DNA of 64,000 nt from Octopus vulgaris. Taxonomy: Eukaryota. The DNA lies in NCBI GenBank assembly GCA_951406725.2, contig OX597826.1, positions 76,942,001 through 77,006,000 on the forward strand, in the 5' to 3' direction. The position numbers were made by a program, and so were the translations under genes. The notes below the pieces were generated by a model. The model searched no databases. It was not told the DNA's origin and was given only the letters and a program-made list of their open reading frames with translations. Positions 54,978-64,000 of the stretch are shown piece after piece; the stretch's first letter is position 1, and each line of letters opens with the position of its first letter.

Positions 54978-55043
<66 letters not shown>

Positions 55044-55276
55044 CATGTATATATATACATATGCATAGATACTACAGGTGTGTGTCCATATGTATATGTT
55101 GTACATATATATATACATATACGTATATACACAGACACATACACACATACACACACGCACTTGTGAGATTATGCCGCGTACGAGACTCGTCATGTCATCT
55201 TCGTTTTCCAATTCGTCAGATGAATTAGGAAATGATGGAAACATGAATACTGTGGTACATGCCATCATTTAAGTAA

Positions 55277-55519
55277 ATAGATCCTTCCATCCATATAAGG
55301 CGAGCTGGCAGAAACGTTAGCACACCGGGTGAAATGCTTAGCAGTGTTTCGTCTGTCTTCAAATTCTGAGTTCAAATTCCGCTGAGTTCGACTTTGCCTT
55401 TCATCCTTTCGGAGTCGATACATTAAGTACCAGTTGCGCACTGGGGTCGATCGAATCGACTGGGCCTGTCCCCAATATTCTTTTCTACTCTAGGCACAAA
55501 GCCTAGAGTAGAAAAGAAT
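55277..55519 (+). mobile_element. SINE family A (tail type 2) ending in a fold-back of its own tail
   Basis: Family A head and body, then attcttttctactctaggc-acaaa-gcctagagtagaaaagaat (perfect 19-bp stem). Confidence 0.88.
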
Positions 55520-55520
55520 G

Positions 55521-55597
<77 letters not shown>

Positions 55598-55651
55598 GCA
55601 CTTACCCACAGAGACATACACATATATGTATAGACACACATACACATGAAT

Positions 55652-55701
<50 letters not shown>

Positions 55702-56018
55702 GCTTTAAGCTCGTTTTACAATCGGCATCAATGTTCACCAAAATTCTTCTTTATAAGTTTTATATTTGAAGGAAGAGAAAAGATATATAAGTCTCTGACT
55801 GCTAATATTTTCAGGGCTTCCTCCAAGGTAAACTATTCTTACCAGTTCTTAACTAAATGCGTCTTTCATACATCAAGGCGTTAGACGTGTAAGTGCACAC
55901 ATAAAATGCATGGTTATTTTCACTCCTGTATGTGTGTGCGTGTGTTTACAGCTAAATTCCTCTATTTACATAATATCGAGGTCTCTTTCATTCTTTTGTT
56001 GTCTTCCCATTTCTATCA

Positions 56019-56098
<80 letters not shown>

Positions 56099-57534
56099 GG
56101 TCTTGTTTGTGTGTAGAATGATAATGTATTAGTTAATTATAGATCCTACATATATTTAACTAATCCTGATATACATTCCATCTCAAACTCACACTGCATA
56201 GACACATACCCCCTCCCCCCACACACATTAAAACAAAGACTGTAATTTAGGGTATTGTTATACTATATTTGTGTATGCGCGTGTGTGTGTCCGTGTGTGT
56301 GTATTCTTGTGTGTGCACGCGTTCGGTGTGTACCTTACCAGTACTCATTTTATCGATCTTTATTTGCCGAATGGTCTTTTCCACAACTTATTAACGATGC
56401 GGTTCGGTTATGTCGGAGTTGGGGTGGGGAAGGAGTGTCGTGTAAGATACGATGGACTATGGCCTGTGTCCAATGACCTATGATTGAAATATTTTTGTCG
56501 AAAACCATTCACGTAAATACACACGTATATAACGCCCGATAAAATCAGATATTTTAGGATTTCTCCATATTTCTCGATAGTGTTAGTAGGATACCATTCT
56601 GGTATATATGAATATATTTTCCTTTATGTGAACAAAAAGAAATTAATCCTATATATTTATTCAGTTCCTTTCTTAGAATCCAAAAACGAAATAAAATTAA
56701 GTACTTTTCCAGCTTTCATAATCTCTAAAAATAATAGGACCGCGTTTAAGGCATTGCTTTATCTAAAATGTGCCAACTTATGCTGTAGGTCAGAGGACTT
56801 TTTTTTTATCAAAAAACAAAGTTTACATCTTGACAAACTTCGTTTATAATTTTCTAAATGTATACCTATGCAGATTATATCTGATTTTAAGCCAATTTGT
56901 TGTAAAACACAAGTTAGATATCCCATTCTGATTATTGTTAGATGTGACAGCGAAAGCTTAGATAATTGATTTTTCTAGACAGTTGTAATTGATTAGACAT
57001 GCGTTCTGGGAATGCCGATGCATATGGAAGTGCTAAGTTTATTTGTGTTTTGGTAATTTGAATTATTCATTATTTCTAGAAATGTGTGTTTGGTTGCTTT
57101 TGTGCGTATCATATACATGTGGGAGGAGGTGCATGTGTATGTGTGTGTTTATAAAAATATTTAGGTATGCAGGTTCATGTACTTGTAATTATGTCTATAT
57201 ATGTATGTGTGTACATATATAGATGTATGTGTACATATGTATTCATGTACGTAAAACTGTGTGTAAGAGTGCGACTGTGTGTGTGTGTGCGTGTATGTGT
57301 CGTCTACCAGTCAGTTAACTGGTGTTTATATTGTCTCCCTTTATGTTCAGTATCATGAAGGGTTGACAAGCGGAGAGAATAAGTTTAAATATGTTTTTTC
57401 TATTTGCCACTATTATTGTATTATTGCCATTATTAATATTATTATTCAACGGTAACAGAAAACGTACGGCAGAAAAACAGTGAGACTTACATTATGTATT
57501 TCGGTATATTTGAGTGTGTCTATGTACACAAATA

Positions 57535-58187
57535 TATATATACACACACACATACATACATACATACACACACACATACATACATACATACATACATACA
57601 CACACACATACATACATACATACATACATACATACACACATACATACATACATACACACACACATACATACATACATACATACATACATACATACATACA
57701 TACATACATACATACATACATACATACATACATACATACACACATACATAGATACATACACACATACATACATACATACATACATACACACATACATACA
57801 TACATACATACATACATACATACATACATACATACATACATACATACATACATACATACATACATACATACATACATACATACATGCATACATACACACA
57901 CACACACATACATACATACATACATACATACATACATACATACATACATACATTACATACATACATACATACATACACACACACATACATACATACATAC
58001 ATACATATACATACATACATACATACATACATACATACATACATACATACATACATACATACATACACACACACATACATACATACATCATACACACACA
58101 CATACATACATACATACATACATACATACATACATACATACATACATTACATACATACATACATACATACACACACACATACATACA

Positions 58188-58221
<34 letters not shown>

Positions 58222-58300
58222 CACACACACATACATACATACATACATACATACATACATACATACATACATACATACATACATACATACATACGTACGT
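57535..58300. repeat. (CATA)n microsatellite with (CA)n interruptions, ~760 bp
   Basis: Directly visible. Confidence 0.97.
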
Positions 58301-58628
58301 GTGTGTGTATGAAATATTGTGTAATCGGGATTACTAAATCCAGGTATATTTCTTGAAAGCATTCAATAATAACGCGAACTTGGTTAACTAAATGAAATGA
58401 CCAAATACCAATTGACCGAGATAGCATCGATTTGTATTTTGTACCTTTTGTTCTACCTGAAAATACTAGCGCAACAGAAACGACCGTTGGACTCGTGTGT
58501 TGTAATCGTCAAAAGATGTGATATCCTACATTTTTCTTGATGTTGTTATATATATATATATTTGCGTGTGTTCGTGTGTTTATATATGTATGTATGTATG
58601 CATGTATGTATGTATGTATGTATGTATG

Positions 58629-58662
<34 letters not shown>

Positions 58663-58887
58663 TGTATGTATGTATGTATGTATGTATATATGCGTGTGTG
58701 TGTGTGAGTGTGTGTGTGAGTGTGTGTGTGCTTTTCAACAACTGTTGAAGGGGTTGCAAGAAACAACGAAAATTTTAGAACAAAAGTAAAAGAAAAGAAA
58801 ACAAACAAGTTATTGAGTGGAAATTGAACCGGTGAGTGTGTTAATTAATAAAGCAGTAAAACAGAATGACCCTCCCCAGACACAACA

Positions 58888-58933
<46 letters not shown>

Positions 58934-59746
58934 ATACATTCATATATGTGTGTGGATGGACGTGTTCATGTGTGTCCACGTGTCTGTATTACTAAATATG
59001 AATAGATTAAAAGGATTACACAAAAAAACCTCTAATTACAGAAAAATACGAGAAACTAACTTTAACGATAGGAACAATAAGAATTGTGAAAGACAGAGTT
59101 GATTAATGATATGATGACAGAGTCACAAAGAAGATAACTTTAAAACGCTTGGAATCAGCAGTGGATTGTCAACGAAGAGAATTGGTTATTGCGAGGAATT
59201 CAAAGTAGGTAATAAGGTGATGATTAACTTGTTTTCTAAACTTTTTAAATCTTAGCGTTTCGAAACTCGTCCATCCCGGGCGTATGTTTGTAAGACGTTA
59301 TTACGAATAGCGAATACTTGATTGGATCGAAATCAGCAGTGCTGAAGCCTAGGTTCATGAGACGTAGACATCCTACCTGTCATGACTTGGTTACGTTCAA
59401 AGAATATCTGATTATGGACACCCGAATATGGTTCTGTACGAATGATTGCAAGAAGGAATGCACCCGAAAGGAGATTCGTTGCGGCGATAGAAGGATCAAC
59501 TGAAGAGAAAGTGTTCCCACTTCTACGGTTGATATATTCGCTTACTGCGGTCTTGAAGACACGACATACGTTTGCCTCGACTTCTTTGTATGAAATGGTA
59601 AAGAGTGTGAGAGAAGGAAATATCGACGAAAACAATCGGAGGAAAACAAGGAGACGTCGTTCAACCTGCTGCGCTCCAATTCACTTGAAATCGCTTTCAG
59701 ATTTCCTTTATGTCAGAGATAGATTTTATACAGCCAGGCTAGAAAT

Positions 59747-59786
<40 letters not shown>

Positions 59787-59815
59787 TAAATGTATGTATG
59801 TATCTATGTTTGTAG

Positions 59816-59930
<115 letters not shown>

Positions 59931-60312
59931 CGTATGTATGTATGTATATATGTATGTATGCAACGTGTGTATTACTCTGTGTGTGACACTGTATCGGTAT
60001 GTGTGTCTATGGATGTGCAACATCTTATTCGGAAGAAAAGAGCAGTGAAAGAAAAGAAAGAACAGTGAATAATAAACCTGACAGCTTATGGTCGTAATCT
60101 CGTATATACATACACACATATATATACATATATACGTACATGTGTGTGATTGTGTGTGTGTGTGTGTGTTATTGGTGACATTGGTTGGAATGGTCAATGT
60201 GCTGCAGGAGTGTTGCCGCCGCCTTATCATGGTTGCGTACATCATTTTTTACGTTCGGCTTATCGCGTTATGTAAAGTTCATAGGTACCACCGCATTTGC
60301 ATTGCATACACA

Positions 60313-60359
<47 letters not shown>

Positions 60360-60861
60360 ATATCAAAAGTCGTATTGAAGTGCCAACTCTTTCCGTGCTT
60401 TGTCATGGTTCAGTTTTTGGATGGGCTCCTTTCTGCTTGTGTAGCACAGTAAGGATATCTGAACTAGAACTTTAGAACAAAAAGATGTTGACGGGGCCTG
60501 ATATGTTTGCAGTCCTCCGTGCGTCCCTACTCGGTCACATACGCTGTAGTCGCACTTCCACGCCACGTTAACGTTGGTGCTCCATCGGGAACCGGGAGAC
60601 GGTGAACACAACCTTGGTTGTGACTAACACGGCGCTGTTGCAAAAGGTCGGTGCGATGGCAAAACGCACTCTTGGTGTCCCTTCTTAAGAGCAAGGTTGA
60701 GCAGGGATGGGGGCCCAAAAACTTCTCAGTAGTAGGAAACTCCGATTTCAATTCCTGCACAGATGGAGTGCGTGAGCGGGAGTACCATTGCGACCATCTA
60801 AGTAAATGGCGATAGTAAATTTTTAGCTGAATGAATCGACCCTGACGCTCTTTGTTTTTCA

Positions 60862-61078
60862 GCTTTATTCTACTTATTCTAACGGTTTTCCCCCCAAACT
60901 GGTTACGGGGACGTAAACACACCAACACCAGTTGTCAAGCGGCAGTTGGGGACAAATACATACACAAAGACACACACACGCACATATCTCTGTGTATGAG
61001 TGTGTGTGCCTCCCGCGCAGTAAGGACTGAACCCGGAGCCGCGTGGTTGGGATAAAGCTGCTTACCACACAGCCACGC
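60862..61078 (-). mobile_element. SINE family B, internally deleted
   Basis: gacgtaaacaccaacaccagttgtcaagc ... ggactgaacccggagcc ... cttaccacacagccac matches family B in reverse. Confidence 0.75.
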
Positions 61079-61865
61079 ATGCATCTGTCAATTCATTTTA
61101 TTTAAAACCGTTAATAAAATAAATTAAACCTCTCCTACACACACCCACACACATACATATACACCCACACACATACGCACACATATAGAGTGCTTTTGTT
61201 CTTGTTTGCTTTTGTTTTTTGTCTTCTTGCCTTTTTTTTTTCCCCGCAATTATTCCAGTTCTGTCCATCTTAAAAGAAGATCTGGTGTGTTGGAGCGATC
61301 TCCTTCCACTTTGTCCAGATCAGCGAATGTCTGGTTAAATCCATTATCAGCTGCAGGTCATTTCCGTGTCTGGTCAATGGACACGAGCTTAAAACAGTCA
61401 GAAGGCGCTAGGTTAGGCAACGAGAGGATTATGTAAAAGCTATTAGGTTGTTTTGACAGTAATCAAACACCACGTGATTATAAATGGAAAATTTGATCGT
61501 TTCCATCTCATTTAGTGTTGTGATTGGGTGCGTTCCGGGTTCAAGTTTCGCTCGGATTAGTGTGTTTCAAGTGAAAAGATATTTGAGAGAACCGAAGATC
61601 TACTTACAATTTCATGAGAGAGCATGCGTATCTCTCTTTCTCTTTCGTTCTCTCTCTCTCTCTCTCTCTCTCTTTGGCTCTTTCTTTTTATACCACTCTA
61701 TCTATCTATCTTTCTCTTATTCACCCTTAATACTCACAGGGTTACAAAGCTGCTCACACCTGCACAGACCCACACAAACGCACAGCAATACAAATGCTGA
61801 CATTCACACTTATTTCCATTCTCTCTCTCTCTCTCTGTCTCACACACACATACACACACAAACAC

Positions 61866-61901
<36 letters not shown>

Positions 61902-62010
61902 TCACATACACACAAAACACACACAATAAATCACACACATTTTAGACCGTGTCCAAGAAGAAAAAACAAAACAAAACAAACTCTCCAGATAATCAAATCT
62001 TCACAGCAAT

Positions 62011-62244
62011 TAAGGCGGCGAAGAGCTGGCAGAAGCGGTAGCGCGCCGGGCGAAATGCTTTGCGGTATTTCGTCTGCCGTTACGATCTGCGTTCAAATTC
62101 CGCCGAGGTCTGACTTTGCCTTTCATCCTTTCGGGGTCGATTAAATAAGTACCAGTTACGCACTGGGGTCGATATAATCGACTTAATCCGTGTGTCTGTC
62201 CTTGTTTGTCCCCTCTGTGTTTAGCCCCTTGTCGGTAATAAAAA
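62011..62244 (+). mobile_element. SINE family A, full length, with 16-bp target-site duplication
   Basis: aaatcttcacagcaat at both 61995-62010 and 62245-62260 flanks the element. Confidence 0.95.
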
Positions 62245-62471
62245 AAATCTTCACAGCAATAAAATTACTATTTAAATATTGTTTCACTCCTACAATGTCT
62301 TTTTCTGCTACCTCCTCTCTCCCTCTCTCTCTCTCTCTCTACCTTCTTTCACTTTTCAGATCCTTCTTCCCCACTTTCTCTCTCTCTCTCTCTCTCTCTT
62401 ACTATAACCAATACAATGATACTATTCAATTCGTTTTATCCATAGCCCCACCATGTGTCATCTAACAGACC

Positions 62472-62555
<84 letters not shown>

Positions 62556-62787
62556 ATTTGTGTGTGTGTGTGTGTGTATTTACTCCTGCACTCCCTAAAC
62601 GCTTAAACATTCTGTCGGCGGTAGGTTTAATTTCCAGCAGAGAGCCAAACGCAACACCTTGCTTAACACCAGTCCTTGCTAACCCTCCATGAAATACCCC
62701 ACGATTGCACACTACTGATTCTCTCCTCTCCATGTTGTCACTACAAATATTGAATGGCAAGTGTCCAAGACGACCAACAACTATTTG

Positions 62788-63310
62788 GAGTTCAAATTCA
62801 TCCGAGGTCGACTTTGCCTTTCATCCTTTCGGGGGTCGATAAATTAAGTACCAGTCGCATGCTGGGGTCGATTTAATCGATTTAATCCGTTTCTCTGTCC
62901 TTGTTTGTCCTCTCTGTATTTAGCCCCTTGTGGGTAGTAAAGAAATAGGTATTTCATCTGCCGCTACGTTCTGAGTTCAAATTCCGCCGAGGTCGACTTT
63001 GCCTTTTATCCTTTCGGGGTCCATAAATTAAGTACCAGTTGCGCACTTGGGTCAATGTAATCGACTTAATACCTTTGTTTGTCCTTGTTTGTCCCCTCTA
63101 TGTTTAGCCCCTTGTGGGTAATAAAGAAATAGGTATTTCGTCTGTCTTAACTTTCTAAGTTCAAATTCTGCCGAGGTCGACTTTGCCTTTCATCCTTTCG
63201 GGGTCGAAGAAATAAGTACCAGCTATATAATCGATGTAATCAACTTAATCCCTTTATCTGTCCTTGTTTGTCCCCTCTATGTTTGGCCCCCTGTGGGCAA
63301 TAAAGAAATA
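62788..63310 (+). mobile_element. Head-to-tail trimer of A-box-less SINE family A units (~184-bp period)
   Basis: Three consecutive B box + body + tail units joined by taaagaaata|ggtatttc at ~62948 and ~63132. Confidence 0.92.
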
Positions 63311-64000
63311 AATACCTCGGTCAAAATTATTAAGACACTTGCTCAAGGTGTCACATAGTAGGATCGAACCGGAGACCCTTGTGGTTACGAAGTGAAAAGG
63401 AGAAAAGATGGGAAGATGAAATGTATGGCTAGAATGCTTTGATCATCGGTCACTTTAATCAGAAATGAGCAGGGCCTGAACAACAACAACAACAACAGCA
63501 CATGTGACCTTATGATAATGATTTCAGCCAGTAATTAATTAGCCAAATAGTAATTAAATACTAAGACATCAATTAAGATTATATATTTGTTTAGAATTCA
63601 CTGTTTGTGAATTTGCATAAAATAATGGTTATATATATTTTCTAACTTCAGGAGAGTTTTGGTAAATGAGAGTATGTGGCGTTCATGCCTTTCCCCTGAC
63701 ATATAGCGGCGTCACAAATGTGAAACTAGATTAGACTCGTCTTCACTTTCATTTTCCATTCTGTTTATCTGTACGTTTCTCTTTCTCTTCTCTCCCTCCG
63801 TTTCTCTCCTTCTCTCCTTCTCTCCCTCTCTCTTTCCTTTCCCTCCCTTCTCACTGTCTCTCTCTCTCTCGCTCTCTCTCATTTACAGTTTATATCCCTT
63901 CTACAAATTGCAGATGCCACCTTTTCCTCCTCACTCAGTCTGTATATAACAAAGAAACCAGTGGAGAGAATGTGTACATCCATGTGTAAGTGCGTGTGGC

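Noticed and set aside
55160-55268. Minus-strand MMACTTVF...GIISQ followed by a GT donor-like site as POU4 exon 1
   Set aside because: No similarity to the POU-IV box N-terminal half, and it abuts a SINE.
60480-60810. GC-richer island as a possible exon or promoter
   Set aside because: No supported ORF or splice pattern; more likely a retroelement UTR remnant, but unassignable from sequence alone.

Overview
AT-rich, microsatellite-saturated animal genomic DNA. The SINE families and repeat texture resemble an octopus or other coleoid cephalopod genome (inference, not verified). The only well-supported host gene is a class IV POU transcription factor (POU4/Brn3/acj6/unc-86 family) on the minus strand. 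Its final coding exon (29214->28315) holds the second half of the POU-IV box, the POU-specific domain, the homeodomain and the stop codon. The expected short first exon was not recognised in the ~34.8 kb upstream, so it probably lies beyond the window. The rest is simple repeats, a 24-bp minisatellite with higher-order structure, at least four tRNA-derived SINE families, and decayed Penelope, RTE, CR1-like and Tc1 fragments plus pogo-like MITEs. The least obvious signal is a set of short elements carrying degenerate minimal hammerhead ribozyme motifs, two of them arranged as outward-facing fold-back pairs. There is also a small RTE-derived bipartite element with a possible HDV-like ribozyme, and a few candidate POU4 enhancers. 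Nearly all long ORFs in the supplied track are repeat artefacts. I found no evidence of a novel protein-coding system.
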